Positions 21,524 through 34,157 of a stretch of DNA of 64,000 bases are shown piece after piece (positions within the stretch are counted from its first letter, which is position 1; every line of letters begins with the position of its first letter). The position numbers and the translations under genes were made by a program. This DNA comes from Escherichia coli (lineage in GTDB: Bacteria > Pseudomonadota > Gammaproteobacteria > Enterobacterales > Enterobacteriaceae). The stretch lies in the NCBI RefSeq assembly GCF_030013595.1, contig NZ_CP122768.1. The stretch is one strand, 5' to 3'. The notes under the pieces are model-generated. The model was not told where the DNA came from. It searched no databases and worked only from the letters and a program-made list of their open reading frames with translations.

Positions 21524-22861
21524 CATAAGCGCTAACTTAAGGGTTGAACCATCTGAAGAATGCGACGCCTCGGTGCCTCGTTAAGACGATGCCTCGCGTT
21601 CTTCAATTGCGTTTTGTAGGCTGTCAGGGATACTGTCCCACGAATGGCCACCTGTAAGCTCCAGATGACCATTTTTGTTATTCTCCACAACGAGTTAGTT
21701 CTTCTTTTCGGATCCGGCACTTCTGGGGGGAAATCCAGCGATGGCTGGATTATGTCGTCAATTAAAAATGCGGCGAGTAGATTAGCAAATATCCACGCTT
21801 TCGCGAGTTCAGGTTCCTTTGCACGCAAAGCATCCAGGTGCAGCAAACTTTTGAGCCGCTTAAAAGCCAGTTCAATTTGCCATCGCAGACGGTAACAATC
21901 AGCCACTTGCTCTGCTGAATATTCATCTTCCGGTAATGATGTTAGCAATAGCACATGGCCCGCTGCTTCCAGCGTTTCCGCCTGAACTACTCGTCCTTTT
22001 CGACGATTCTCGCTGAGCAGTCGGGTTTTACTGATTAATGCTTTTTCGGGAGGAAGTGATACGGCAATGAGACGTGCCGGAAAGGGAGCTCCGGCTTTTT
22101 TATTACCTGAATTGCCTATCATTACAGTGGTTTCACCGTTCTTACCGCAATCCAGCCCGCGCAGAAAACCCATCATGTCAAAGCGCATTCCTTCTGCAGT
22201 TAACCAGCGCAATCCTCGCCAGTGAACCCGGACGATATAATCAGCTTCTCCAAAAGCAAGTGAGCGGATACATTCGGGACGCGAACCGAATCCCCGGTCA
22301 GCAATGCGTATCTCGTCTGCCGTTTGCGCAAATCGGTCCAGCCGTTCAGCGTCTCTGCTGTCGGTTAGCTCAAAATCAGTGAACTGACAGGTATGAGGAT
22401 CATATCCCATATGTAGTCGCCATTCAGCGCTGCCGCCCCCGGGCGCACTGATTGCTGTTCCATCGACAAGACGCAATCTCTTTCCGCTTGTACAACCCGT
22501 AACTGCGGCGCGTACAGCAAGTGTTTGTGCGGCAAGTATGCCAAACCAGTCGGCGGCATTCCGCAGCCGCTTCAGGAGAGCCACGTCAGATAATGTTGCA
22601 ACGTCATGGAGCTGAGCCCATGCAGTGACTTCACGTAATGACATCCCCCCGGGGCCGTAAGCCAGCCCCAGACGTAGCAGAGTTGCAGCATCACGAATTT
22701 CGCGGCGGCGGGTTAGAGCCCCGGCATTACGTGCCGAAGTATCCAGTTCTTCGGGCTTACCAATATGGGCCAGAATTGCTGACCAGTTATCGTGAGAGTA
22801 ATTCATCGGCACGTTAAATCATATCAGGCGTAATACCACAACCCTTAAGTTAGCGCTTATG
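21524..22861 (-). mobile_element. IS186 (IS4 family), complete 1338-bp copy with 23-bp perfect terminal inverted repeats
   Basis: IRL cataagcgctaacttaagggttg at 21524..21546 and its exact reverse complement at 22839..22861; single transposase ORF inside; length 1338 bp matches IS186. Confidence 0.92.
21532..22812 (-). CDS. insL: IS186 transposase (longest ORF; the conventional annotation may start at the internal Met MSLREV at complement 22644)
   Basis: ORF MPMNYSHDNWSAILAHIGKPEELDTSARNAG... recognised as IS186/IS421 transposase. Confidence 0.9.
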   Translation of the reverse strand: MPMNYSHDNWSAILAHIGKPEELDTSARNAGALTRRREIRDAATLLRLGLAYGPGGMSLREVTAWAQLHDVATLSDVALLKRLRNAADWFGILAAQTLAVRAAVTGCTSGKRLRLVDGTAISAPGGGSAEWRLHMGYDPHTCQFTDFELTDSRDAERLDRFAQTADEIRIADRGFGSRPECIRSLAFGEADYIVRVHWRGLRWLTAEGMRFDMMGFLRGLDCGKNGETTVMIGNSGNKKAGAPFPARLIAVSLPPEKALISKTRLLSENRRKGRVVQAETLEAAGHVLLLTSLPEDEYSAEQVADCYRLRWQIELAFKRLKSLLHLDALRAKEPELAKAWIFANLLAAFLIDDIIQPSLDFPPEVPDPKRRTNSLWRITKMVIWSLQVAIRGTVSLTAYKTQLKNARHRLNEAPRRRILQMVQPLS

Positions 22862-22871
22862 GGGTAAAACC
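22862..22871. repeat. Right copy of 10-bp target-site duplication (gggtaaaacc) of IS186
   Basis: Matches 21514..21523. Confidence 0.8.
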
Positions 22872-22977
22872 CCGCGTATTGAATTGTTAAAGTTTGGCCT
22901 CCTGCACCCCTTTTTTATACTCTGTTTCTGGTGGCATTGATTTCCTGCAGGCAAGGGAGTAATCATTTTCAAACCCA

Positions 22978-24015
22978 TCAAGACGCCTTCGCCAGCTCCT
23001 TCACCAGCGGTAGCATTATCCGCATAACATCACGGCAGCGACGTTCTATTCTTCCTGGAAGTGCCTTATCAATATGTTGTTGATTATCCAGTCTTACGTC
23101 ATGCCAGCTATTTCCCGCAGGGAATGCGGCTGTTTTTGCGCGTTGCTGATAACCATCTTTATTCCCAAGATTCCAGTTTGTTGCTTCTACCGAAAGTACG
23201 GCAATACCGGCTTTGTCGAAAACTTCGGCGTCATTACAACAGCCAGTACCCTTCGGATAATTTTTATTCAAACCCGGATTGGTCGTTGCGGCAATTCCAT
23301 GACTACGCGCAATTGCCAGCGCCCTGTCGCGCGTTAATTTCCTTACTGCTTCAGGGGTTTTTACACCGCTGTTGAAATACAATTTATCGCCAACAATTAA
23401 GTTATCGAGATTAATCACCAGCAGCGTATTTTTCTTTTCGGTGTCACTCATCCGCTTGAGTAAATTCTCAGCGCCTAATTTTCCTTCCTCTTCGCCGCTG
23501 GTCGCCACAAATCGAATACCATACTCGGTAGGCGTATTTTTCAGGCGTTCTGCCAGTTCCAGCATGACACCTAAACCTGCGGCGTTATCATCTATTCCTT
23601 GTAACGTCAGTCCGCCGAGATTGGCATCGGCGTCAGCATCGCTCAGCGGAGCGTAAGTATCCAGATGCGCCATAATGATGATCTGCTGCGGCGCTTTGCC
23701 TTCATGAGCGGCAATCACCGTACTTCCCGTCACGTTATGCCAGCTCTTGCGATTATCGCGGGCGGTATAAATATACCGACTATTAAATGTCCGAATATCA
23801 CTGCGATAACCCATTTGCTGAAACTGCTGGCGAATATAATCGGCAGATAACATTTCTGCAGGAGTTCCGGTCATGCGTCCCGGAAAGAAAGTAGCAATAT
23901 GTCGTGCCTGAGTATTAGCAAAATCGCCAGGTTTAGATGACGAGGCGTGTACGGGGAGAATAAAGCATACGCCGAGCGCCAGGGCAGCGGTACGGTGGCG
24001 CAATGCGGAAAACAT
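22978..24015 (-). CDS. iap: Alkaline phosphatase isozyme conversion aminopeptidase
   Basis: 345-aa ORF with signal peptide MFSALRHRTAALALGVCFILPVHA and M28-peptidase-like motifs; position beside cysD. Confidence 0.88.
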   Translation of the reverse strand: MFSALRHRTAALALGVCFILPVHASSSKPGDFANTQARHIATFFPGRMTGTPAEMLSADYIRQQFQQMGYRSDIRTFNSRYIYTARDNRKSWHNVTGSTVIAAHEGKAPQQIIIMAHLDTYAPLSDADADANLGGLTLQGIDDNAAGLGVMLELAERLKNTPTEYGIRFVATSGEEEGKLGAENLLKRMSDTEKKNTLLVINLDNLIVGDKLYFNSGVKTPEAVRKLTRDRALAIARSHGIAATTNPGLNKNYPKGTGCCNDAEVFDKAGIAVLSVEATNWNLGNKDGYQQRAKTAAFPAGNSWHDVRLDNQQHIDKALPGRIERRCRDVMRIMLPLVKELAKAS

Positions 24016-24266
24016 AGTGAGTCCTTAAATACCATGCAAATTTTTTTACCGCCATAGTATGAAACTGCCGATGCGCTAAAACAATTTCAAATCTTCCTAA
24101 ACGCCCGAAATCCGGTGCCTTAAGCACTTTTTGATATTAGCTTTGCCAAATCGTTATTCCGTTAAGGAACTACTCATTCTAATTGGTAATTTCATTCGTT
24201 CTCCTGCGCTCCCTATAGTCGAAACATCTGATGGCAAGAAAATAGCGGTATTGCAAAGGAACGGTT

Positions 24267-25175
24267 ATGGATCAAAAACGACTTACTCACCTGCGGCAAC
24301 TGGAGGCGGAAAGCATCCACATTATTCGCGAGGTGGCGGCAGAATTCTCAAATCCGGTGATGCTCTACTCTATCGGTAAAGATTCCAGCGTCATGCTGCA
24401 TCTGGCGCGCAAGGCGTTTTATCCAGGTACGCTGCCTTTCCCGTTGCTGCATGTCGATACCGGCTGGAAATTCCGCGAGATGTATGAGTTCCGCGATCGT
24501 ACGGCTAAAGCCTACGGCTGCGAGCTGCTGGTGCATAAAAACCCGGAAGGCGTGGCGATGGGGATTAATCCATTCGTTCATGGCAGCGCGAAACATACCG
24601 ATATTATGAAAACTGAAGGCCTGAAACAGGCGCTGAATAAATACGGTTTTGATGCCGCCTTCGGTGGTGCACGCCGCGACGAAGAGAAATCCCGCGCTAA
24701 AGAGCGAATCTACTCTTTCCGTGACCGCTTCCATCGCTGGGATCCGAAAAATCAGCGCCCGGAGCTGTGGCACAACTACAACGGGCAAATTAACAAAGGC
24801 GAAAGCATTCGCGTCTTCCCGCTCTCTAACTGGACCGAGCAGGATATCTGGCAATACATCTGGCTGGAAAATATCGACATTGTTCCGCTGTATCTCGCTG
24901 CGGAACGACCGGTTCTGGAACGCGACGGTATGTTGATGATGATTGATGACAACCGTATCGACCTGCAACCGGGCGAAGTGATTAAAAAACGGATGGTGCG
25001 TTTCCGTACGCTGGGCTGCTGGCCGCTGACCGGCGCGGTGGAGTCAAATGCGCAAACACTGCCGGAGATCATCGAAGAGATGCTGGTCTCCACCACCAGT
25101 GAACGTCAGGGCCGCGTGATTGACCGCGACCAGGCGGGGTCTATGGAGCTGAAAAAACGTCAGGGGTATTTTTAA
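24267..25175 (+). CDS. cysD: Sulfate adenylyltransferase subunit 2
   Basis: 302-aa [27 protein letters not shown]... Confidence 0.97.
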   Translation: MDQKRLTHLRQLEAESIHIIREVAAEFSNPVMLYSIGKDSSVMLHLARKAFYPGTLPFPLLHVDTGWKFREMYEFRDRTAKAYGCELLVHKNPEGVAMGINPFVHGSAKHTDIMKTEGLKQALNKYGFDAAFGGARRDEEKSRAKERIYSFRDRFHRWDPKNQRPELWHNYNGQINKGESIRVFPLSNWTEQDIWQYIWLENIDIVPLYLAAERPVLERDGMLMMIDDNRIDLQPGEVIKKRMVRFRTLGCWPLTGAVESNAQTLPEIIEEMLVSTTSERQGRVIDRDQAGSMELKKRQGYF

Positions 25176-25176
25176 G

Positions 25177-26604
25177 ATGAACACCGCACTTGCACAACAA
25201 ATCGCCAATGAAGGCGGCGTCGAAGCCTGGATGATTGCGCAACAACATAAAAGCCTGCTGCGTTTTCTGACCTGTGGTAGCGTCGATGACGGCAAAAGTA
25301 CCCTGATTGGTCGCCTGTTGCACGATACCCGCCAAATCTACGAAGATCAGCTCTCATCGCTGCATAACGACAGTAAACGTCACGGCACCCAGGGCGAAAA
25401 ACTGGATCTGGCACTGCTGGTGGACGGCCTGCAAGCTGAGCGCGAACAGGGCATCACCATTGACGTGGCTTACCGTTATTTCTCTACCGAGAAGCGTAAA
25501 TTTATTATCGCCGATACCCCAGGGCACGAGCAGTACACTCGCAATATGGCGACTGGCGCATCGACATGTGAACTGGCGATCTTACTGATCGATGCCCGTA
25601 AAGGCGTGCTCGATCAAACCCGTCGTCACAGTTTTATCTCCACACTGTTGGGGATCAAACATCTGGTCGTGGCGATCAACAAAATGGATCTGGTGGATTA
25701 CAGTGAAGAGACGTTCACCCGTATTCGTGAAGATTATCTGACCTTTGCCGGGCAGCTGCCGGGTAATCTGGATATCCGCTTTGTGCCGCTCTCCGCACTG
25801 GAAGGTGACAACGTGGCTTCGCAAAGTGAAAGTATGCCGTGGTACAGCGGTCCGACACTGCTCGAAGTGCTGGAAACCGTGGAGATCCAGCGAGTGGTGG
25901 ATGCCCAGCCAATGCGCTTCCCGGTGCAGTACGTTAATCGCCCGAATCTCGATTTTCGTGGCTACGCCGGAACGCTGGCATCCGGTCGAGTGGAAGTCGG
26001 GCAACGTGTCAAAGTGCTGCCCTCTGGTGTGGAATCAAACGTCGCGCGGATCGTGACTTTTGATGGCGATCGCGAAGAAGCCTTTGCCGGAGAAGCGATC
26101 ACCCTGGTGCTGACGGATGAGATCGACATCAGCCGTGGCGATCTGCTGCTGGCGGCAGACGAAGCGTTACCGGCTGTGCAGAGCGCGTCGGTGGATGTGG
26201 TATGGATGGCGGAACAGCCGCTTTCCGCGGGCCAGAGTTATGACATCAAAATTGCCGGTAAGAAGACGCGTGCTCGTGTTGATGGTATTCGTTATCAGGT
26301 TGATATTAATAACCTTACCCAACGCGAAGTTGAAAACCTGCCGCTGAACGGCATCGGCCTGGTGGATCTCACTTTTGACGAGCCACTGGTGTTAGATCGT
26401 TATCAGCAAAATCCGGTTACCGGTGGGCTGATTTTTATCGATCGCCTGAGCAATGTGACCGTGGGTGCCGGTATGGTGCACGAGCCAGTTAGCCAGGCAA
26501 CTGCTGCGCCATCTGAATTCAGTGCATTTGAACTGGAATTGAATGCCCTGGTTCGTCGCCACTTTCCGCACTGGGGCGCACGCGATTTGCTGGGGGATAA
26601 ATAA
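25177..26604 (+). CDS. cysN: Sulfate adenylyltransferase subunit 1 (GTPase)
   Basis: 475-aa ORF with G-domain motifs [18 protein letters not shown]. Confidence 0.97.
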
Positions 26605-27209
26605 TGGCGCTGCATGACGAAAACGTCGTCTGGCATAGCCATCCAGTCACTGTACAACAACGCGAGCTACACCACGGTCATCGTGGTGTAGTGCTGTGGT
26701 TTACCGGCCTCTCCGGGTCCGGTAAATCAACGGTCGCCGGGGCGCTGGAGGAGGCGTTACATAAACTCGGCGTCAGTACGTATCTGCTGGATGGCGACAA
26801 TGTTCGCCACGGATTATGCAGCGATCTCGGTTTTAGCGATGCCGATCGTAAAGAGAATATCCGTCGCGTCGGTGAAGTGGCGAATTTGATGGTTGAAGCC
26901 GGACTGGTGGTGCTGACCGCATTTATCTCGCCACACCGCGCCGAACGCCAGATGGTTCGTGAACGCGTAGGAGAAGGGCGCTTTATCGAAGTATTTGTCG
27001 ATACGCCGCTGGCGATTTGCGAAGCCCGCGATCCAAAAGGCTTATATAAGAAAGCGCGTGCCGGTGAACTGCGCAACTTTACGGGAATAGATTCCGTTTA
27101 CGAAGCGCCTGAATCGGCAGAAATTCATCTCAATGGTGAACAATTAGTAACAAATTTGGTACAGCAATTATTAGATCTGTTGAGACAGAACGATATTATC
27201 AGATCCTGA
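26604..27209 (+). CDS. cysC: Adenylyl-sulfate (APS) kinase
   Basis: 201-aa ORF with P-loop GLSGSGKST; stop/start overlap with cysN. Confidence 0.97.
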
Positions 27210-27258
27210 GACACCACCGGGTTTCCATGCCCGGTTCGTCAAAGTAACAGGATCAAAT

Positions 27259-27582
27259 ATGCGTAATAGCCATAACATTACACTAACAAATAACGACAGC
27301 CTTACTGAGGATGAAGAAACCACATGGTCACTGCCTGGTGCCGTGGTCGGTTTTATCTCCTGGTTATTTGCGCTGGCGATGCCGATGTTGATTTATGGCT
27401 CTAACACGCTGTTCTTCTTTATCTACACCTGGCCTTTCTTTCTGGCACTGATGCCTGTCGCGGTAGTGGTGGGGATTGCGCTGCATTCATTGATGGACGG
27501 AAAGCTACGCTACAGTATTGTTTTCACCCTGATGACAGTAGGCATTATGTTTGGCGCACTGTTTATGTGGCTACTGGGCTAA
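27259..27582 (+). CDS. ygbE: Small inner-membrane protein (DUF3561 family)
   Basis: 107-aa ORF with 3 hydrophobic segments; synteny after cysC. Confidence 0.8.
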   Translation: MRNSHNITLTNNDSLTEDEETTWSLPGAVVGFISWLFALAMPMLIYGSNTLFFFIYTWPFFLALMPVAVVVGIALHSLMDGKLRYSIVFTLMTVGIMFGALFMWLLG

Positions 27583-27775
27583 TTTGTACTTTCTTGTCTC
27601 CTCTGTTCATAATTCAAACCGTAACTAATAATGAGATTATGTTCTGCACGCCCTGGGTATACGTAACAATGGACAAATGTGGTACATTTGCCCGCGTTGT
27701 CGCGGTATCCCCAACAGAGGATGTAGAGTCGTCTTCGGATGCATGGGATGATGATGCCGTTTTTCAGGGGGCAGG

Positions 27776-28087
27776 ATGGGTAAACTAACGCTGCTGTTGC
27801 TGGCTATTCTGGTCTGGCTACAGTATTCGCTGTGGTTCGGTAAGAACGGTATACATGACTATACCCGCGTCAATGATGATGTGGCGGCACAGCAAGCTAC
27901 AAACGCGAAACTTAAAGCGCGAAACGATCAACTTTTTGCCGAAATTGACGATCTCAATGGCGGCCAGGAGGCGCTCGAAGAGCGTGCGCGTAATGAACTC
28001 AGCATGACCAGGCCGGGCGAAACTTTTTATCGTCTGGTGCCTGACGCGTCGAAGCGCGCACAGTCTGCGGGGCAAAACAATCGATAA
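27776..28087 (+). CDS. ftsB: Cell division protein FtsB
   Basis: 103-aa [29 protein letters not shown]..., N-terminal TM plus coiled coil. Confidence 0.92.
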
Positions 28088-28105
28088 ATCAGCCCAGGAA
28101 TTAAC

Positions 28106-28816
28106 ATGGCAACCACTCATTTGGATGTTTGCGCCGTGGTTCCGGCGGCCGGATTTGGCCGTCGAATGCAAACGGAATGTCCTAAGCAATATCTCTCAAT
28201 CGGTAATCAAACCATTCTTGAACACTCGGTGCATGCGCTGCTGGCGCATCCCCGGGTGAAACATGTCGTCATTGCCATAAGTCCTGGCGATAGCCGTTTT
28301 GCACAACTTCCTCTGGCGAATCATCCGCAAATCACCGTTGTAGATGGCGGTGATGAGCGTGCCGATTCGGTGCTGGCAGGTCTGAAAGCCGCTGGCGACG
28401 CGCAGTGGGTATTGGTGCATGACGCCGCTCGTCCTTGTCTGCATCAGGATGACCTCGCGCGATTGTTGGCGTTGAGCGAAACCAGCCGCACGGGGGGGAT
28501 CCTCGCCGCACCAGTGCGCGATACGATGAAACGTGCCGAACCGGGCAAAAATGCCATTGCTCATACCGTTGATCGCAACGGCTTATGGCACGCGCTGACG
28601 CCGCAATTTTTCCCTCGTGAGCTGTTACATGACTGCCTGACGCGCGCTCTAAATGAAGGCGCTACCATTACCGACGAAGCCTCGGCGCTGGAATATTGCG
28701 GATTCCATCCGCAGTTGGTCGAAGGCCGCGCGGATAACATTAAAGTCACGCGCCCGGAAGATTTGGCACTGGCCGAGTTTTACCTCACCCGAACCATCCA
28801 TCAGGAGAATACATAA
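28106..28816 (+). CDS. ispD: 2-C-methyl-D-erythritol 4-phosphate cytidylyltransferase
   Basis: 236-aa [25 protein letters not shown]... Confidence 0.95.
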
Positions 28817-29295
28817 TGCGAATTGGACACGGTTTTGACGTACACGCCTTTGGCGGTGAAGGCCCAATTATCATTGGTGGCGTACGCATTCCTTACGAAA
28901 AAGGATTGCTGGCGCATTCTGATGGCGACGTGGCGCTCCATGCGTTGACCGATGCATTGCTTGGCGCGGCGGCGCTGGGGGATATCGGCAAGCTGTTCCC
29001 GGATACCGATCCGGCATTTAAAGGTGCCGACAGCCGCGAGCTGCTACGCGAAGCCTGGCGTCGTATTCAGGCGAAGGGTTATACCCTGGGCAACGTCGAT
29101 GTCACTATCATCGCTCAGGCACCGAAGATGTTGCCGCACATACCACAAATGCGCGTGTTTATTGCCGAAGATCTCGGCTGCCATATGGATGATGTTAACG
29201 TGAAAGCCACTACTACGGAAAAACTTGGATTTACCGGACGTGGGGAAGGGATTGCCTGTGAAGCGGTGGCGCTACTCATTAAGGCAACAAAATGA
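28816..29295 (+). CDS. ispF: 2-C-methyl-D-erythritol 2,4-cyclodiphosphate synthase
   Basis: 159-aa [39 protein letters not shown]... Confidence 0.96.
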
Positions 29296-30321
29296 TTGAG
29301 TTTGATAATCTCACTTACCTCCACGGTAAACCGCAAGGCACCGGGTTGCTGAAAGCCAATCCGGAAGACTTTGTGGTGGTGGAAGATTTGGGCTTTGAGC
29401 CTGATGGTGAAGGTGAGCATATTCTGGTTAGAATCCTCAAAAACGGCTGCAATACCCGTTTTGTGGCGGATGCACTGGCGAAATTCCTGAAAATTCATGC
29501 CCGTGAAGTCAGCTTCGCTGGGCAAAAAGACAAACATGCTGTAACGGAACAGTGGTTATGTGCTCGCGTGCCGGGCAAGGAAATTCCCGATCTGAGCGCC
29601 TTTCAACTGGAAGGCTGCCAGGTGCTGGAGTATGTGCGGCACAAGCGCAAGCTGCGTTTAGGGGCGCTGAAAGGTAACGCCTTTACCCTGGTTCTGCGCG
29701 AAGTGAGCAATCGCGATGACGTTGAACAACGTCTGATCGATATTTGCGTAAAAGGTGTACCGAACTACTTCGGTGCCCAACGTTTCGGGATTGGCGGTAG
29801 CAACTTGCAGGGCGCGCTGCGCTGGGCGCAAACCAATACTCCGGTGCGCGATCGCAATAAACGGAGTTTTTGGTTGTCGGCAGCCCGCAGTGCGTTGTTT
29901 AATCAGATTGTTGCTGAGCGCCTCAAAAAAGCAGACGTTAATCAAGTTGTTGACGGCGATGCGCTACAATTAGCCGGACGTGGTAGCTGGTTTGTCGCAA
30001 CCACCGAAGAACTGGCGGAATTACAGCGTCGCGTCAACGATAAAGAGCTGATGATAACCGCCGCATTGCCGGGCAGTGGCGAATGGGGAACTCAGCGTGA
30101 AGCGTTGGCATTCGAACAAGCAGCTGTCGCCGCAGAAACTGAATTACAAGCCTTACTGGTGCGCGAAAAAGTTGAAGCCGCGCGCAGAGCGATGCTGCTG
30201 TATCCGCAACAATTAAGCTGGAACTGGTGGGATGACGTCACCGTAGAAATCCGTTTCTGGCTTCCGGCGGGTAGTTTTGCAACCAGCGTTGTCAGGGAAC
30301 TTATCAACACAACAGGTGATT

Positions 30322-30341
<20 letters not shown>
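29292..30341 (+). CDS. truD: tRNA pseudouridine(13) synthase
   Basis: 349-aa ORF; start overlaps ispF stop; synteny. Confidence 0.9.
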
Positions 30342-31703
<1,362 letters not shown>

Positions 31704-31842
31704 AACGTGAGGAAATACCTGGATTTTTCCTGGTTATTTTGCCGCAGGTCAGCGTATCGTGAACATCTTTTCCAGTGTTCAGTATGGTGCCTTGCACGGT
31801 AATTATGTCACTGGTTATTAACCAATTTTTCCTGGGGGATAA

Positions 31843-32982
31843 ATGAGCGCGGGAAGCCCAAAATTCACCGTTCGCCGCATTGCGGCTTTGTCACTGGTTT
31901 CGCTATGGCTGGCAGGCTGTTCTGACACTTCAAATCCACCGGCCCCGGTCAGCTCCGTTAATGGCAATGCGCCTGCAAATACCAATTCTGGTATGTTGAT
32001 TACGCCGCCGCCGAAAATGGGGACGACGTCTACAGCTCAGCAACCGCAAATTCAGCCGGTACAGCAGCCACAAATTCAGGCAACTCAACAACCGCAAATC
32101 CAGCCGGTGCAGCCAGTAGCTCAGCAGCCGGTACAGATGGAAAACGGACGCATCGTCTACAACCGTCAGTATGGGAACATTCCGAAAGGCAGTTATAGCG
32201 GCAGTACCTATACCGTGAAAAAAGGCGACACACTTTTCTATATCGCCTGGATTACTGGCAACGATTTCCGTGACCTTGCTCAGCGCAACAATATTCAGGC
32301 ACCATACGCGCTGAACGTCGGTCAGACCTTACAGGTGGGTAATGCTTCCGGTACGCCAATCACTGGCGGAAATGCCATTACCCAGGCCGATGCAGCAGAG
32401 CAAGGAGTTGTGATCAAGCCTGCACAAAATTCCACCGTTGCTGTTGCTTCGCAACCGACAATTACGTATTCTGAGTCTTCGGGTGAACAGAGTGCTAACA
32501 AAATGTTGCCGAACAACAAGCCAACTGCGACCACGGTCACAGCGCCTGTAACGGTACCAACAGCAAGCACAACCGAGCCGACTGTCAGCAGTACATCAAC
32601 CAGTACGCCTATCTCCACCTGGCGCTGGCCGACTGAGGGCAAAGTGATCGAAACCTTTGGCGCTTCTGAGGGGGGCAACAAGGGGATTGATATCGCAGGC
32701 AGCAAAGGACAGGCAATTATCGCGACCGCAGATGGCCGCGTTGTTTATGCCGGTAACGCACTGCGCGGCTACGGTAATCTGATTATCATCAAACATAATG
32801 ATGATTACCTGAGTGCCTACGCCCATAACGACACAATGCTGGTCCGGGAACAACAAGAAGTGAAGGCGGGGCAAAAAATAGCAACCATGGGTAGCACCGG
32901 AACCAGTTCAACACGCTTGCATTTTGAAATTCGTTACAAGGGGAAATCCGTAAACCCGCTGCGTTATTTGCCGCAGCGATAA
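31843..32982 (+). CDS. nlpD: Murein hydrolase activator lipoprotein NlpD (LysM + M23 domains)
   Basis: 379-aa ORF, lipobox LAGC, QQPQIQ tandem repeats, LysM, degenerate M23 domain. Confidence 0.93.
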   Translation: MSAGSPKFTVRRIAALSLVSLWLAGCSDTSNPPAPVSSVNGNAPANTNSGMLITPPPKMGTTSTAQQPQIQPVQQPQIQATQQPQIQPVQPVAQQPVQMENGRIVYNRQYGNIPKGSYSGSTYTVKKGDTLFYIAWITGNDFRDLAQRNNIQAPYALNVGQTLQVGNASGTPITGGNAITQADAAEQGVVIKPAQNSTVAVASQPTITYSESSGEQSANKMLPNNKPTATTVTAPVTVPTASTTEPTVSSTSTSTPISTWRWPTEGKVIETFGASEGGNKGIDIAGSKGQAIIATADGRVVYAGNALRGYGNLIIIKHNDDYLSAYAHNDTMLVREQQEVKAGQKIATMGSTGTSSTRLHFEIRYKGKSVNPLRYLPQR

Positions 32983-33044
32983 ATCGGCGGAACCAGGCTT
33001 TTGCTTGAATGTTCCGTCAAGGGATCACGGGTAGGAGCCACCTT

Positions 33045-34037
33045 ATGAGTCAGAATACGCTGAAAGTTCATGATTTAAATGAAGATGCGGAATTTGATGA
33101 GAACGGAGTTGAGGTTTTTGACGAAAAGGCCTTAGTAGAAGAGGAACCCAGTGATAACGATTTGGCCGAAGAGGAACTGTTATCGCAGGGAGCCACACAG
33201 CGTGTGTTGGACGCGACTCAGCTTTACCTTGGTGAGATTGGTTATTCACCACTGTTAACGGCCGAAGAAGAAGTTTATTTTGCGCGTCGCGCACTGCGTG
33301 GAGATGTTGCCTCCCGCCGCCGGATGATCGAGAGTAACTTGCGTCTGGTGGTAAAAATTGCCCGCCGTTATGGCAATCGTGGTCTGGCGTTGCTGGACCT
33401 GATCGAAGAGGGCAACCTGGGGCTGATCCGCGCGGTAGAGAAGTTTGACCCGGAACGTGGTTTCCGCTTCTCAACATACGCAACCTGGTGGATTCGCCAG
33501 ACGATTGAACGGGCGATTATGAACCAAACCCGTACTATTCGTTTGCCTATTCACATCGTAAAGGAGCTGAACGTTTACCTGCGAACCGCACGCGAGTTGT
33601 CCCATAAACTGGACCACGAACCAAGTGCGGAAGAGATCGCAGAGCAACTGGATAAGCCAGTTGATGACGTCAGCCGTATGCTTCGTCTTAACGAGCGCAT
33701 TACCTCGGTAGACACCCCGCTGGGTGGTGATTCCGAAAAAGCGTTGCTGGACATCCTGGCCGATGAAAAAGAGAACGGTCCGGAAGATACCACGCAAGAT
33801 GACGATATGAAGCAGAGCATCGTCAAATGGCTGTTCGAGCTGAACGCCAAACAGCGTGAAGTACTGGCACGTCGATTCGGTTTGCTGGGGTACGAAGCGG
33901 CAACACTGGAAGATGTAGGTCGTGAAATTGGCCTCACCCGTGAACGTGTTCGCCAGATTCAGGTTGAAGGCCTGCGCCGTTTGCGCGAAATCCTGCAAAC
34001 GCAGGGGCTGAATATCGAAGCGCTGTTCCGCGAGTAA
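33045..34037 (+). CDS. rpoS: RNA polymerase sigma factor RpoS (sigma-38), full length; codon 33 = GAG (Glu)
   Basis: 330-aa [38 protein letters not shown]...; start at ATG 33045. Confidence 0.97.
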   Translation: MSQNTLKVHDLNEDAEFDENGVEVFDEKALVEEEPSDNDLAEEELLSQGATQRVLDATQLYLGEIGYSPLLTAEEEVYFARRALRGDVASRRRMIESNLRLVVKIARRYGNRGLALLDLIEEGNLGLIRAVEKFDPERGFRFSTYATWWIRQTIERAIMNQTRTIRLPIHIVKELNVYLRTARELSHKLDHEPSAEEIAEQLDKPVDDVSRMLRLNERITSVDTPLGGDSEKALLDILADEKENGPEDTTQDDDMKQSIVKWLFELNAKQREVLARRFGLLGYEAATLEDVGREIGLTRERVRQIQVEGLRRLREILQTQGLNIEALFRE

Positions 34038-34052
34038 GTAAGCATCTGTCAG

Positions 34053-34089
34053 AAAGGCCAGTCTCAAGCGAGGCTGGCCTTTTTCTTTT
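34053..34089 (+). terminator. rpoS rho-independent terminator
   Basis: aggccag...ctggcct stem followed by ttttctttt. Confidence 0.65.
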
Positions 34090-34157
34090 GGTTGGGAAGT
34101 CGGTGTGTTTTGTCGCCTGGATAAGACTCGTCAGCGTCCTACCCGGCAATCAGCATC

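Noticed and set aside
21532-22812. Possibility that the IS186 transposase ORF is a host gene
   Set aside because: It is bounded by 23-bp perfect inverted repeats and a 10-bp target duplication, so it is the transposase of the IS.
21086-22977. Considered that the hok-IS186 unit arrived here by recombination between two IS186 copies (K-12 has hokE next to IS186B elsewhere)
   Set aside because: The identical 10-bp direct repeats on both sides of the IS indicate a simple in-situ insertion; recombination between copies would leave mismatched flanks.
27567-27788. 73-aa ORF spanning the ygbE-ftsB spacer
   Set aside because: Overlaps the ygbE 3' end, has no SD and no recognisable features; ftsB starts at 27776 with a clear N-terminus.
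32030-32110. Tandem QQPQIQ(P/A)VQ-coding repeats
   Set aside because: Internal proline/glutamine-rich linker repeats of NlpD; coding, in frame and a known feature of the protein.
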